From contig JBEKEV010000002.1 in the NCBI GenBank assembly GCA_050013655.1, forward strand, positions 13,091 to 77,090: 64,000 bases of DNA. The letters run 5' to 3'. This stretch comes from Bacteroidota bacterium (GTDB lineage Bacteria; Bacteroidota; Ignavibacteria; UBA10030). The translations under genes and the position numbers were made by a program. Of the stretch, positions 18,336-29,542 are shown in pieces; within the stretch, counting starts at the first letter, position 1; each line of letters begins with the position of its first letter. The notes under the pieces were generated by a model that was not told the origin of the DNA, did not search any database, and saw nothing but the letters and a program-made list of their open reading frames with translations.

Positions 18336-19448
18336 TTAGCTCATGGTAATTATATTGACGCTGTCGGAAACCGGTTGCAGAACATATTTTGAAGGATCTT
18401 CCTGACCCAATGCACAACGGAGTGCAATCAATGCGACTTCGATTTGCGCTGTATCCGGTTCCTTTGTTGTAATCTTCTGGAGCAGCAAGCCGGGAGCGAT
18501 TATGATCCTGCCCCACCATGTTGTGCTGTGCTTCGCAGAGAATTTTATGATCTCATACGCCAAGCCGCCGACAATCGGGATGAACGGCAAATGTGTGAGG
18601 AGGCGAACCGGCAGGGTGAGAGTTCCCAGCAGTCTTAAAAGGAGTGCATCAAGTAAACTGAATGACAGAATCGCAACGAATGCCACGATGAGCAGAAAAC
18701 TTGTTCCGCATCGTGGATGGAAACGGCTGTATATTTTTACTGAATCAGGTACAAGCAGAGCTTTTAATTCGAATGCAAACACTGATTTATGTTCTGCACC
18801 ATGATAACGGAACAACTGTTGAACGTCTTTCATGAGCGAAATTCCGGCCAGATAGAGAAGGAGAATCGTGATACGAATAGCACCCGCTATAAGATTGAAT
18901 GTTACAGCTGTCTGTTCGATGGCAAACACTTTTGTCGTGAGATACAATGGGACGATGAAGAATATTCCGATACCAAGCGTGAGCGCAAAGATCAGTGTTC
19001 CAACGAGCGCAATGTTCGATTGGGACTTTGTCTTCTTTTCAGAACCATTTCCTTTGACATTGTTTTTCTCTTTTGCTCTCTCCGCTTCAACATCAAGCAT
19101 AGCAATCTCAGCCGAAAAATTGAGAGTCTTTATGCCAAGGTACATCATATCAATAAGTCCGATCGCGCCCCGCACTACTGGGATATTCAGCCATGTATGT
19201 TTTTCGGTGACAGATTTGTATTGCTGATGCTGTACAATGACTTGACCGTTTGCACGCCGTACTGCTGTTGCTACAGAACCTGGCGCACGCATCATCACGC
19301 CTTCAATGACCGCTTGACCGCCGACCTGCATAGGTTGATTAGGATCATAATCGGGGTTTGTGGGAATCCATTCTTGTTTTTCTTTTTCTTGCACTAATGT
19401 CTCCTCATCTTTCTTATGAAATATACGGAAGTTTTTCTGCGCTAACAA
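18336..19448 (-). CDS. DUF1385-family membrane protein (commonly linked to prfA/prmC)
   Basis: [19 protein letters not shown], and several TM segments. Confidence 0.8.
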   Translation of the reverse strand: MLAQKNFRIFHKKDEETLVQEKEKQEWIPTNPDYDPNQPMQVGGQAVIEGVMMRAPGSVATAVRRANGQVIVQHQQYKSVTEKHTWLNIPVVRGAIGLIDMMYLGIKTLNFSAEIAMLDVEAERAKEKNNVKGNGSEKKTKSQSNIALVGTLIFALTLGIGIFFIVPLYLTTKVFAIEQTAVTFNLIAGAIRITILLLYLAGISLMKDVQQLFRYHGAEHKSVFAFELKALLVPDSVKIYSRFHPRCGTSFLLIVAFVAILSFSLLDALLLRLLGTLTLPVRLLTHLPFIPIVGGLAYEIIKFSAKHSTTWWGRIIIAPGLLLQKITTKEPDTAQIEVALIALRCALGQEDPSKYVLQPVSDSVNIITMS

Positions 19449-19484
19449 TTTGAGACGAAAGAGAAGTTTGGCTACATTGAATCA

Positions 19485-21329
19485 ATGAAGCAAACATTAA
19501 ATATACGGCCCATAGAGCTGCTCGCTCCTGCTAAAGATTTAGAAAGCGGAAGAGCCGCTATCAACCATGGTGCCGATGCAGTGTACATCGGTGCCCCCAA
19601 GTTCGGTGCACGTGCTGCCGCGGGAAATTCATTGAATGATATTGCCAAACTCATTCGGTATGCTCATCGTTACTGGGCGAAGGTGTATGTTGCACTCAAT
19701 ACGATTCTTTTCGATGACGAATTAGATGAGGCAAAGGCAATTGTCCGATCCATTTCTGAAGCCGGAGCTGATGCTTTGATCATTCAGGATATGGGATTAC
19801 TGGAACTTGATTTGCCGCCAATTCCCCTCTTTGCTAGCACACAGACGCATAATTACTCACTGGAGAAAATTCAATTTCTTGAAAAAGTCGGATTTCAACG
19901 CGTCATTCTTGCACGTGAACTGTCATTAAAACAATTGAAGGAAATTCGTACAAACACTACAATCGATTTGGAATTCTTTATTCATGGAGCACTCTGCGTC
20001 AGTTTCAGCGGGCAATGTTACTTGAGTCAAGCGACACAGGGGAGAAGTGCCAACCGTGGAATGTGTGCCCAGCCATGCCGCTTGCCCTATACGTTGTCAG
20101 ACGGCAGCGGAAAGATTCTGGCAAAAGATAAATATCTCCTTTCTCTCAAAGACCTCAACCTCTCAGAGTATCTCCGGGATTTGATCGATGCCGGTGTTTC
20201 GTCGTTCAAGATTGAAGGAAGATTGAAGGATATGAATTATGTAAAAAATGTTACAGCATTCTATCGACAACGAATTGATGAGATTTTAGAAACAGATTCA
20301 GCTCTTTCGAGTGCATCATCAGGACGGACGATGCCGGCGTTTCAACCCGATCCATCAAGAACGTTCAATCGTGGATTCACCGACTATTTTATCCGACGCC
20401 GGAACAAAGATATTCTTTCGTCTCACACACCAAAATCGGTTGGAGCTTGTTTAGGAAAAGCCGGAAAGATACGTCGAGATCATTTTCTTCTCGAGACTTC
20501 AGAAACGTTGCATAACGGCGATGGAATATGTTTTTTTGATCAACGCGAAGTACTCTGTGGTACGAATATTAACAAAGTAGAGAGAAATAAAGTCTACCCT
20601 TCTGAACTTGAAGGAATCGAAGAAGGGACGATGATCTACCGGAACTACGATCATCAGTTCGCAAAAAAACTTCAAGAAAATAAAACGAAACGTCTTATCA
20701 ACGTGAACATGCAGCTCGAAGAGACTGGAAGTGGTTTTGTACTCAGTATGGTGGATGACGATGATGTGATGGTTTCCGTTATTCAAAAAGTTGAGAAAAT
20801 TCCTGCAAAGAATCAGGCTGCGGCAGAGGAAACGGTTCGGCGTCAGCTTATGAAATTGGGAGATTCTATCTTCGTTTCAGAAAGGCTTGCTATTATATGG
20901 AGTCAGCCATATTTCATGCCGGTCAGCGTGTGCAACGAATTGCGGCGTGAAGCGGTTGCTCAATTGGAAGAAAAACGAACGAAGAGATTTCCACGGCACC
21001 ATGCAAGCATTATTCCGAATAGTGAACCATATCCGACGATACGCTTAGACTATTGTGCAAATGTTGCGAACAAGAAATCGGAATCGTTTTATCGCAGACA
21101 TGGCGTTGAAATTATCGAACCGGCGTTTGAACTCCAGAAGAAAAAGCAAGCGGCTGTTATGACGATGAAGCATTGTCTACGATTTCAATATGGTCTTTGC
21201 GCCGGTCAAGGTACTGCCGATGCTGATCCGCTTTTTCTTCAAGACGCAAAGAATACGTATCGATTGGAATTTGATTGCGAAGCATGTCAGATGAAAATAT
21301 TGTTTGAAAAAAATGGCAAGGCAAAATAA
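19485..21329 (+). CDS. U32-family peptidase-like protein (long form)
   Basis: U32 signature EFFIHGALCVSFSGQCYLS. N-terminal ELLAPAKDLESGRAAINHGADAVYIG. Confidence 0.85.
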   Translation: MKQTLNIRPIELLAPAKDLESGRAAINHGADAVYIGAPKFGARAAAGNSLNDIAKLIRYAHRYWAKVYVALNTILFDDELDEAKAIVRSISEAGADALIIQDMGLLELDLPPIPLFASTQTHNYSLEKIQFLEKVGFQRVILARELSLKQLKEIRTNTTIDLEFFIHGALCVSFSGQCYLSQATQGRSANRGMCAQPCRLPYTLSDGSGKILAKDKYLLSLKDLNLSEYLRDLIDAGVSSFKIEGRLKDMNYVKNVTAFYRQRIDEILETDSALSSASSGRTMPAFQPDPSRTFNRGFTDYFIRRRNKDILSSHTPKSVGACLGKAGKIRRDHFLLETSETLHNGDGICFFDQREVLCGTNINKVERNKVYPSELEGIEEGTMIYRNYDHQFAKKLQENKTKRLINVNMQLEETGSGFVLSMVDDDDVMVSVIQKVEKIPAKNQAAAEETVRRQLMKLGDSIFVSERLAIIWSQPYFMPVSVCNELRREAVAQLEEKRTKRFPRHHASIIPNSEPYPTIRLDYCANVANKKSESFYRRHGVEIIEPAFELQKKKQAAVMTMKHCLRFQYGLCAGQGTADADPLFLQDAKNTYRLEFDCEACQMKILFEKNGKAK

Positions 21330-21538
21330 TGACGAGTCAGAATCGGCATGTGCGTTTGTTGCCAATCTGCATATTCCATAAACAGGGGAGACAATAGTGG
21401 AAGAGGATTGTGCTGTGATTTAAAGATAATTCGAGCGCATTTTATCTCCGCAGGCGGCGAGGAAATCCCTCAAGAAATTCTGAAAACGCGGGAGAGCCGA
21501 ACCGATAACAACTCAAGTTTTTCTTTGGCGGCAAATTC

Positions 21539-22234
21539 TTAAGTAAAGGTAGAAACAGATTGGCTTCCGATTACTTTTTTCTTAACCTGCCACAAAATAA
21601 GATAACCTATCATGAGACTAATTGCTGACATATATGGGAATAATCCCAATAATCCTAAAAAGATATATTTCTTTTTGAGAGTTATTGCGTATCCAAAATA
21701 ACTTAATGTTACTATGGTACCAACTTTCGCAAACATTTGTAATGTACTGATAAGTACAATATACTGCGGCAAAGGCAGAATGATTTGGAGATAAACAACA
21801 AATAACATTATGAAGAAAATAAAAAAAAACAAATTAAATTTTTTCCATAAAGTATTTACCTTATGAGCTGATACCGTAACACCAATTTCATTTTCTGGAT
21901 TTTTGTTTTTAGCTGGATTATCAAAAAGCCTACCAATAAAATACAATATGATTGCATTAACTAAAGCGGCTGAGAGAAGTGGTAATAATGCAAGAAGCCC
22001 ATAAACGAGTGGATTTCCGGCAAAGTGGTTATACCAACTCATATAACCAAGCGAATCCAACATAGGCGTCACAATGATGCTCCACGGAAGCGTTATAAGA
22101 ATTGAGAATAGACCGGAAAATTCTGAATTCGCTGTGTGAAAAATAAGTAGATACAACATATAAATTCCGGAAAGTAAAAATATTCCGAGGTAGGAGAGAC
22201 TTAAAATCAAACCTGGTTGTGAATCCAATTTCAT
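21539..22234 (-). CDS. hypothetical polytopic membrane protein
   Basis: Start moved to ATG 22234 because the longer ORF runs through the tRNA gene. About 6 hydrophobic segments and extremely A+T-rich. Confidence 0.5.
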   Translation of the reverse strand: MKLDSQPGLILSLSYLGIFLLSGIYMLYLLIFHTANSEFSGLFSILITLPWSIIVTPMLDSLGYMSWYNHFAGNPLVYGLLALLPLLSAALVNAIILYFIGRLFDNPAKNKNPENEIGVTVSAHKVNTLWKKFNLFFFIFFIMLFVVYLQIILPLPQYIVLISTLQMFAKVGTIVTLSYFGYAITLKKKYIFLGLLGLFPYMSAISLMIGYLILWQVKKKVIGSQSVSTFT

Positions 22235-22351
22235 ATGATTAAAAAGATTCTTTCCCCCCAACGAAACCGCAAACTCGTTTTTGCCTCCAAAACTGAATAT
22301 AAATGAGTCGCCGAGCGAGGCGAGAATCAGTACCGCTTGCAATTTCCTACG

Positions 22352-22428
22352 TGGTGCACCCGGAGGGAGTCGAACCCCCAACCTACAGCTCCGTAGGCTG
22401 CCGCTCTATCCAATTGAGCTACGGGTGC
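22352..22428 (-). tRNA. tRNA-Arg (anticodon ACG), CCA encoded
   Basis: The reverse complement reads GCACCCGTAGCTCAATTGGATAGAGCGGCAGCCTACGGAGCTGTAGGTTGGGGGTTCGACTCCCTCCGGGTGCACCA, with anticodon loop CTACGGA. Confidence 0.9.
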
Positions 22429-22730
22429 ATTCTATATTCAATATCGATGAGTCCCGCCAGATAACGGCGGGATTCTGAAAATTGCATCTACTCGTACACA
22501 ACACTCGTAGGCAATTTTCGAACTACGGGTGCAGGGAAATTTATATTAGTATAGCGATAAATCTCTTTTTTTGCAATGTAAAGTTGGAAAACAGTTCCTG
22601 TTCTGAATTCTGACTTCGTACGATATTTTTTAAGATGTAACCGAAAAAAGGTGAGCTTGAAAGTTCATTCTTTTCTGATTTCTTCTTATCATGATAGAGC
22701 AAATATAAAACAATCGGGAACATATCCACA

Positions 22731-25700
22731 ATGAAAAATAATCTTATGCATCGCGCAATTGGCGCAATCGTACTATTCATTTCTGCCGTTCAGCTCATCA
22801 TGACTGCACAGGTTTCTGTCCCATTCTGGGATCCTGGCGAACTCTCCGCAGCCGCCTACTTGATGCAGGTGCCGCATCCGCCTGGCGGACCTCTCTTTTC
22901 GATCATGGGCAGAATATTCTACATGCTTCCTATCCCTGGCGATATTGGTTTCAGGATGAATGTTATGTCTTCTGTTGCGAGCGTCTTTACGGTTTTATTT
23001 TTGTACCTCATCGCCGTCAAAGTCATTGAAAACTACAAAGGAAAACAATCCGGTAATTCGTTAGAAGCATTAGGAACGTACCTCGCTGCTGCCATCGGAG
23101 CTTTAACGTTATCGTTCAGCGATACGTTTTGGTTTAACGCGGGTGAATCTAATTATTTTGCAGCAAGCATGTTGCTCTATTCTTCTATTGTATGGTTGAT
23201 GATGGTGTGGAATGAAAAAGCCGACGAACCGGGAAGCGAACGATATCTTTTGATGATTGCATACATAGCCGGTTTATCAGCGGGACTTCATCTGATGAGT
23301 GTTCTGACGATAATTATAGTAGGGATTGTTGTAGTTCTTCGAAAGTATGTCAATAACGATGAAGAATATTTACAGTCATCATATGTCTTTTTAGGACATA
23401 TGGTTTTGTTATTCATTGTTGCGGCTATTTTTTGGAGCGGACAAACTGCAAAGCAACCGCCTACACAGGAGATGACCAGTGCATTCGACAAGAATTTCAT
23501 TATTGCGATGGTGATAGCGAGTACTGTTGTTATGGCAATCTTTAGAAAAAAAATATTACACGAACAATGGTATTATGGTATTATTCTGATGGTGTGTGCT
23601 CTATTGACAGTTGTTCTCACGGATACTGCAAAAATAATCATGGCGATCATCAGCGGGATATATTTTATTATTTTTATGAAAAAAATATTTAAACAAAATT
23701 CCATCTACAACGGGATAATGACAGGGGCCATAGCATTCGTTGTAATCTTTGCCGGCATTATTAGATATTTTCCTGAAGGGCTTTTTAAAATTGCAGGAGA
23801 TAATCTTGGAACAGGTCTTCTCGTCCTTTTAGCCGTAATGGCAGCAGGAGGATTGGGAGCGTATTATGCAATGAAACAAAAGCGAATGTTCCTTGCTCTT
23901 TCTCTTACAGCTGCACTTATTGCGATATTCGGTTTTACGACATACACGATGATCGTTATTCGTGCAAACGCAAACTTACCAATGAATGAAAATCATCCAA
24001 AGTCGTTTGAACAACTTATTAAGTATTTAAATCGAGAGCAGTACGGTGATTTTCCCATGTTTCAACGACGATGGTCGTCAGAGCCGGAAAAAGCGGGAAT
24101 CTATACAAATTACAGTAGTGATCTCGATTTCTTCCTACGCTATCAAATGGACCATATGTTCCAACGTTATGTTGGATGGAATTTTATCGGGAAAATCTCA
24201 TCTGATCAAGATGCAGGAGTAAATTGGAAAGGATATTATGGCATACCATTCCTCTTGGGTCTATTCGGCCTCTATACGCACTTCCGAAAAAACTGGAAGA
24301 TGGCATCTGTCTTTCTCATCACGTTTATTCTCATGGGATACTTAATTACTTTCTATCAAAACCAGCAGCAGCCGCAGCCGAGAGACCGTGAATATTTTTA
24401 TTGCGGGGCATATTTCGTTTTTGCACTTTGGATCGCGCTTGGTATCAAAGGGTTGCTTGATATTGTTCAGAAAAAAATAACATCGCAGTCGGCTGTGAAA
24501 CCTGCATTTATTGGAGTGCTTGTGTTGAGCATACTCTTTGTTCCTGCGAGAATGCTGCAACTCAATTATTTTACACATGATCGTTCGAAGAACTGGGTTC
24601 CATGGGATTTCGCATACAACATGTTACAGACATGCGAGCAGGATGCGATTCTTTTTACTCAGGGCGACAATGATACATTCCCTTTGTGGTACATGCAGGA
24701 TGTGGAAGGTGTGCGGCGGGATGTGAGAATTGTGAACTTGAGCCTGGTGAATACACCATGGTACATCCTCCAGATGAAGAATACACCGGCATATGCTGAG
24801 GCAAAAGCGGTGCCGATGAATATGCCTGATTCATACATTAAAGATATTCAACCGATCGCATGGGAACCGAGAAACGTCGAGTTGCCAATTTCACAAGAAA
24901 CGATCCGGCACTTTCAGGAAGAGAAGGGAGTTGTCCTTGATACATCTATTGTCAATAACGGAAAAATTACATTCCTCCTTCCCAATACATTACAGTTTGG
25001 CAAAACAAAAGCGCTCCGTGTGCAAGATATTGCTGTGTACGATATCATACTGGCTAATGAATGGAAGCGGCCTATTTATTTTGCCTCTACATGTTCGCCG
25101 GACGCAAAGATTGGATTGGAAGACTATATGTGGTTCAAAGGATTGTCTTGGAAGCTTGAACCGGCGAAGACCTCAGAGATTAATTATGGAGTAGATCCTA
25201 TAAAGATGGAAGCTAACCTTATGAATGAACCATCGGATTTTTCCAAGACTCTGAAATATGGATATAAATTCCGTGAATTGGCAAATCCAAAAGTATTTTT
25301 TGATGAAAATACAATTCGCATTATTTCCAATTATCGGGGAGCATTTCGTGGACTTGCCGCATATTACATAAACGTAGAAAAAAATCCACAAAAGAGTATG
25401 AAGGTGTTGGACAGGATGGAATCGCTTATGCCGCATACAAAAATTCCCTATGGGTGGCAGTACGCATGGCAAATGGCGAGTTTCTATCACACACTTGGAC
25501 GTATGGATCGGGTGAAGGAAATGGAAACAGAGATTGAGCCGGCGTGTCTCAGTCTTATTGAGAAAGGCGAGGTGGAGATGAATTCCTATTATAATCCATA
25601 CCGCGCGCTTCTTGATCTTTACGAGATGACAAAAGAACAGGACAAGTCACTCAACGTTCTCCGGAAATTAGCGGTGCTCTATCCGACTGACACGAATATT

Positions 25701-25772
25701 AAGCAAAGAATTCAAATGTTAGAACAAATGAGCAAACAATCCGCTGCACCCACACCGGAAAAGGGAAAGTAA
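22731..25772 (+). CDS. DUF2723-family polytopic membrane protein (putative glycosyltransferase-like) with C-terminal TPR-like region
   Basis: N-terminal WDPGELSAAAYLMQVPHPPGGPLF, many TM segments, 1013 aa. Confidence 0.75.
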   Translation: MKNNLMHRAIGAIVLFISAVQLIMTAQVSVPFWDPGELSAAAYLMQVPHPPGGPLFSIMGRIFYMLPIPGDIGFRMNVMSSVASVFTVLFLYLIAVKVIENYKGKQSGNSLEALGTYLAAAIGALTLSFSDTFWFNAGESNYFAASMLLYSSIVWLMMVWNEKADEPGSERYLLMIAYIAGLSAGLHLMSVLTIIIVGIVVVLRKYVNNDEEYLQSSYVFLGHMVLLFIVAAIFWSGQTAKQPPTQEMTSAFDKNFIIAMVIASTVVMAIFRKKILHEQWYYGIILMVCALLTVVLTDTAKIIMAIISGIYFIIFMKKIFKQNSIYNGIMTGAIAFVVIFAGIIRYFPEGLFKIAGDNLGTGLLVLLAVMAAGGLGAYYAMKQKRMFLALSLTAALIAIFGFTTYTMIVIRANANLPMNENHPKSFEQLIKYLNREQYGDFPMFQRRWSSEPEKAGIYTNYSSDLDFFLRYQMDHMFQRYVGWNFIGKISSDQDAGVNWKGYYGIPFLLGLFGLYTHFRKNWKMASVFLITFILMGYLITFYQNQQQPQPRDREYFYCGAYFVFALWIALGIKGLLDIVQKKITSQSAVKPAFIGVLVLSILFVPARMLQLNYFTHDRSKNWVPWDFAYNMLQTCEQDAILFTQGDNDTFPLWYMQDVEGVRRDVRIVNLSLVNTPWYILQMKNTPAYAEAKAVPMNMPDSYIKDIQPIAWEPRNVELPISQETIRHFQEEKGVVLDTSIVNNGKITFLLPNTLQFGKTKALRVQDIAVYDIILANEWKRPIYFASTCSPDAKIGLEDYMWFKGLSWKLEPAKTSEINYGVDPIKMEANLMNEPSDFSKTLKYGYKFRELANPKVFFDENTIRIISNYRGAFRGLAAYYINVEKNPQKSMKVLDRMESLMPHTKIPYGWQYAWQMASFYHTLGRMDRVKEMETEIEPACLSLIEKGEVEMNSYYNPYRALLDLYEMTKEQDKSLNVLRKLAVLYPTDTNIKQRIQMLEQMSKQSAAPTPEKGK

Positions 25773-25792
25773 TTTCGTCACAATTGAACTCT

Positions 25793-26965
25793 ATGGCACA
25801 AGATGTCCAGATAGTCGTTAATAAGCATACGCCGTATGCTGTGAAGGCGTTTGAGAGAATCGGAAAAGTAATCGCGTTCGATACGCATGAAATTACGAAG
25901 GATTCGATCAAAGATGCCGACATCCTCATCGTTCGTTCCGAGACGAAAGTCGATCATACTTTGCTAGATGGAAGTCGTGTGAAATTTGTCGGAACGGTGA
26001 CAATCGGAACCGATCATGTTGATGAAGAATTTCTTGGAAAGAATGGAATTACGTTTGTCAGTGCTCCCGGCAGTAATTCAAATTCGGTTGGGGAATATAT
26101 CACTGCGACGTTATTAGAGTCGGCACACAATAAAGGTTTCTCGCTTAACGACAAAACCATCGGTATTGTAGGAGTCGGCAGCGTTGGCAGCAAGGTTTGG
26201 CACAAAGCAAAAGCACTGGGAATGCAGGCACTTCTGAACGATCCACCTCTTCAACGGCTGGGAAGTAAATACACGCTGCATTCTTTGGATGCGTTGATGG
26301 AAGCGGATATCGTTACACTCCATGTTCCGTTGAAACGCTCAGGACCCGATGCAACATATCATCTATTCGATGAGAATCGAATTCGCAAGATGAAACAAGG
26401 TGCCATTCTCATCAATACTTCACGCGGGGGCGTTGTGGAAACAGATGCCTTGAAACGCACATTGCGTGATGGGCATCTCTCAACTGCCGTGCTTGATGTA
26501 TGGGAGAAAGAACCAAATATCGACACATCTCTCCTTGAACTCGTTTCATTAGGAACACAGCACATCGCCGGTTATTCGCTCGATGGCAAGGTCAATGCAC
26601 TTCGGATGAATTACGAAGCAGTCTGTCGTTTTCTCGGGAGACCTGTTGACAAAGACATCAATGCACTTATACCGGATTCAGCGTTACCGGAAATCAGGGC
26701 TGAAAGAATTCACGCATCGGTACAAGAGACACTTCGAGATATCGTGAAGCAGTGCTACGATATCAATGTAGATGACCGGCTTCTGCGTAAAATTATATCG
26801 CTTCCGGAAGAAGAACGTGGAAAGTATTTTTGTAGACTTCGCGCAGAGTACCGTATTCGGAGAGAGTTCTTGAACTACACAGTATGCGTGGACGGCGAAG
26901 CAAAGCGTCTTTTCAATGTGCTTCAACTTCTTGGCTTTAAAGTAACGGAAGCAGAATCGTCATGA
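25793..26965 (+). CDS. pdxB: 4-phosphoerythronate dehydrogenase PdxB
   Basis: D-2-hydroxyacid dehydrogenase NAD site [18 protein letters not shown], and a PdxB-type C-terminal dimerisation region. ATG 25793 preferred over TTG 25784. Confidence 0.8.
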   Translation: MAQDVQIVVNKHTPYAVKAFERIGKVIAFDTHEITKDSIKDADILIVRSETKVDHTLLDGSRVKFVGTVTIGTDHVDEEFLGKNGITFVSAPGSNSNSVGEYITATLLESAHNKGFSLNDKTIGIVGVGSVGSKVWHKAKALGMQALLNDPPLQRLGSKYTLHSLDALMEADIVTLHVPLKRSGPDATYHLFDENRIRKMKQGAILINTSRGGVVETDALKRTLRDGHLSTAVLDVWEKEPNIDTSLLELVSLGTQHIAGYSLDGKVNALRMNYEAVCRFLGRPVDKDINALIPDSALPEIRAERIHASVQETLRDIVKQCYDINVDDRLLRKIISLPEEERGKYFCRLRAEYRIRREFLNYTVCVDGEAKRLFNVLQLLGFKVTEAESS

Positions 26966-27435
26966 CTGAAAGATTTCAGGCACGTATTCTCAGAATCAAT
27001 CCGGAACAACAGGATATTCCCTTACCTGCGTATGCAACGGAAGGGTCTGCGGGAATGGATATTTGTGCTGCAGTAGAGAAGGACGTGGAAATTCCACCGG
27101 GCGATACAATTTTAATTCCAACAGGATTTATCATCGAGCTGCCGCAAGGACACGAAGCGCAAGTGCGGCCAAGGAGTGGTCTTGCTATCAAACACAATAT
27201 TGGAATTCTCAACTCACCGGGAACAATTGATTCCGATTATCGCGGTGAGGTAAAAATTATTCTCACAAACTTTGGAAGGAAGCCGTATATCATCCACCGT
27301 GGAGATCGCATAGCGCAAATGATTGTGGCAAAGTACGAACGCGTGCAATGGAAAGAAGTATCGTCCCTTGCTGAATCTATGCGCGGAGATGGCGGCTTCG
27401 GTCATACAGGAATCACATCAAAGGGGAATCGCTAA
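26962..27435 (+). CDS. dut: dUTP diphosphatase
   Basis: [30 protein letters not shown] and [10 protein letters not shown]. Confidence 0.95.
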   Translation: MTERFQARILRINPEQQDIPLPAYATEGSAGMDICAAVEKDVEIPPGDTILIPTGFIIELPQGHEAQVRPRSGLAIKHNIGILNSPGTIDSDYRGEVKIILTNFGRKPYIIHRGDRIAQMIVAKYERVQWKEVSSLAESMRGDGGFGHTGITSKGNR

Positions 27436-27436
27436 G

Positions 27437-28753
27437 ATGGCTCAACAAAGGACGAGGAAGAACACATCGCGAACGAAATCCGCCCATCGTGATGGATCGC
27501 AGGATATGCCCTGGGACTCTGTTTTCGCATCTCTTGGCAGGATTGAAATCGTGCTGCTCATCGGCGGCGTGCTCCTGTTACTTGTGCTCATCTACACTAT
27601 TCATACGATCCTTTCTCCATTTCTTGTACTTGGCTCTATTCTTTTCATTCTCTTTCCGTTGCGTCGCTATGTGCTTGCACGGAATCTCATGTGGCTGGCA
27701 ATCATTCTCTTTACATTATGGTTTTTGGATTCCGTTTCGACGATCCTTGCGCCCTTTATTGTATCCATAATCTTTGCGTATATGCTCAACCCGGTTGTAG
27801 ATCTCTTCCAAAGCTGGAAAATTCCGCGCTGGGTGAGTTCGCTCATACTTATCCTGCTCTTCATTTCAGGTATTACACTCATTCTCTTTTTTGTTCTCCC
27901 CATAGCGCTCTCACAGTTTGAAGGTGTACTTGATTTGCTGTCGAAACTCACGAATGAATACCAAAGTACGTTTTGGAATAGCCATCTGGTCAAAATATTA
28001 GAGAGCTATGGTATCTCTGTAGATGAACTTCGTAGTGCATTCGCCAGCCAACTGACGCCTCGGTTTGAAGATATTCTCAAAACGCTTATCAACGCGCTTG
28101 CTTCGTTAATGAGCAGCATCTCAGGTTTCATTACACAAATATTTTATATTGTTTTAGTGCCGTTTCTAACATTTTATTTCCTGGCAGATTTTCCCAAAAT
28201 CAGCCATCGCTTTTTGATGCTCTTTCCTCGCAGGAATCGCGATCGCGTAGAAAACTTCATGACTCGTGCTGATGATCTTATTGGACATTATTTACGTGGA
28301 GCACTTTTAGTAGCGCTTCTAGAAGGATTTATTATTTCAGTGGTCTTTTCTATTGTCGGAATAAAATATGCTTTTCTCTTGGGACTCCTTGCGTGTCTCT
28401 TCGATTTTGTTCCCTATTTTGGTCTTATTGCTATTATGGCGCTTTCTGCACTGGTTGCACTCTTCAGCGAACCGCCTGTCCTGACAAAATTGGCCGTTGC
28501 TCTCGTTTCCATTTCCATTCTTCATATGGCGGAGGTAACATTTCTCTCGCCGAAAATAGTCGGCAGTAAAGTGGGAATGCATCCGCTGCTCATCATTCTC
28601 TCTTTGCTCGTCTTCATGTATTTTCTGGGCTTTATTGGGTTGCTCATTGCAGTTCCGACGACAGCGCTGGTGATATTGTTTGTCAGAGACTGGGAAGCGC
28701 GAAGACGCGGAGAAATTCCCCTGCCCAAAGATTCTTCCAAAGCGGGTCTTTAA
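27437..28753 (+). CDS. AI-2E family transporter (UPF0118/PerM-like)
   Basis: Start at ATG 27437, 1 nt after the dut stop. Eight or more TM segments with the typical AI-2E length and layout. Confidence 0.8.
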   Translation: MAQQRTRKNTSRTKSAHRDGSQDMPWDSVFASLGRIEIVLLIGGVLLLLVLIYTIHTILSPFLVLGSILFILFPLRRYVLARNLMWLAIILFTLWFLDSVSTILAPFIVSIIFAYMLNPVVDLFQSWKIPRWVSSLILILLFISGITLILFFVLPIALSQFEGVLDLLSKLTNEYQSTFWNSHLVKILESYGISVDELRSAFASQLTPRFEDILKTLINALASLMSSISGFITQIFYIVLVPFLTFYFLADFPKISHRFLMLFPRRNRDRVENFMTRADDLIGHYLRGALLVALLEGFIISVVFSIVGIKYAFLLGLLACLFDFVPYFGLIAIMALSALVALFSEPPVLTKLAVALVSISILHMAEVTFLSPKIVGSKVGMHPLLIILSLLVFMYFLGFIGLLIAVPTTALVILFVRDWEARRRGEIPLPKDSSKAGL

Positions 28754-29433
28754 TGTCAGGTGTTCTTTATCTTGTTGCCACTCCTATCGGCAATTATGAT
28801 GACATGACATTTCGGGCAATAAAAGTGCTCAAAGAAGTAGATGTCGTTGTGTGTGAAGAACGAGGTGAAGGACAGCATCTCCTTCGTCATTATGAAATAG
28901 AAAATCAAGTCGAGACACTCAACGAGCATAATGAGGCGGCTGCAGCGAGTGTCATCATCGATTTTCTGAAAGAAGGAAAGTCCATTGCATTAATTTCCGA
29001 TGCGGGGACACCTGTGTTTTCTGACCCCGGAAGAATATTAGTTGAAAAAGCTATCCACCAGCACATAAAGATTGTTCCTATCCCCGGCGCTTCCTCACTC
29101 CTTCCTGCACTCATTGTTTCTGGATTTCACATTAAGGAATTTGTATTTGCCGGATTTCTTTCGCCCAAACGAGAACGGCGTCTTACCGAATTGCGCGAGT
29201 TTCGGAAGGAACGCCGCACGATTATCTTGATGGACACACCATACCGGCTCGTTCAGCTTTTACGGGATATGGCAGATGTCTTTGGAGAAACGAGACGCGT
29301 GTGCGTTGCCTTCGATCTGACGTTATCGACGGAAGAAATCTTCCACGGAACTGCGCCAAAACTGTACCAGAAGTTCCTGAAAGAAGAGAAGAAGGGGGAA
29401 TTTGTTGTTGTGCTGGAAGGAACGAAGAAATAA
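28753..29433 (+). CDS. rsmI: 16S rRNA (cytidine1402-2'-O)-methyltransferase RsmI
   Basis: LYLVATPIGNYDDMTFRA, VVCEE and SDAGTPVFSDPG, on the tetrapyrrole-methylase fold. Confidence 0.8.
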   Translation: MSGVLYLVATPIGNYDDMTFRAIKVLKEVDVVVCEERGEGQHLLRHYEIENQVETLNEHNEAAAASVIIDFLKEGKSIALISDAGTPVFSDPGRILVEKAIHQHIKIVPIPGASSLLPALIVSGFHIKEFVFAGFLSPKRERRLTELREFRKERRTIILMDTPYRLVQLLRDMADVFGETRRVCVAFDLTLSTEEIFHGTAPKLYQKFLKEEKKGEFVVVLEGTKK

Positions 29434-29542
29434 GCATTCCATTCTGGTGCAGCGAAACAACAATGCTTTCCTTATGTTTTGATCAATAGTTTAAACCAGC
29501 TTGATGCCAAGGAATGTTTTGGCTACATTTGTGCAAGCCGAG

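Noticed and set aside
18319-18519. 67-codon 5' extension of prfA.
   Set aside because: RF1 homology begins at MIDKLEKI (ATG 18318). The extension would overlap the DUF1385 gene by 184 nt.
22235-22381. N-terminal extension of the 280-aa membrane ORF (MGVRLPPGAPRRKLQ...).
   Set aside because: It reads through the tRNA-Arg(ACG) gene (22352-22428) on the same strand. The Pro/Gly/Arg-rich peptide is simply the translated tRNA.
22541-22780. 79-aa minus-strand ORF overlapping the start of the DUF2723 gene.
   Set aside because: It is A+T-rich intergenic sequence with a 50-nt overlap on a well-supported CDS, and it has no motif.
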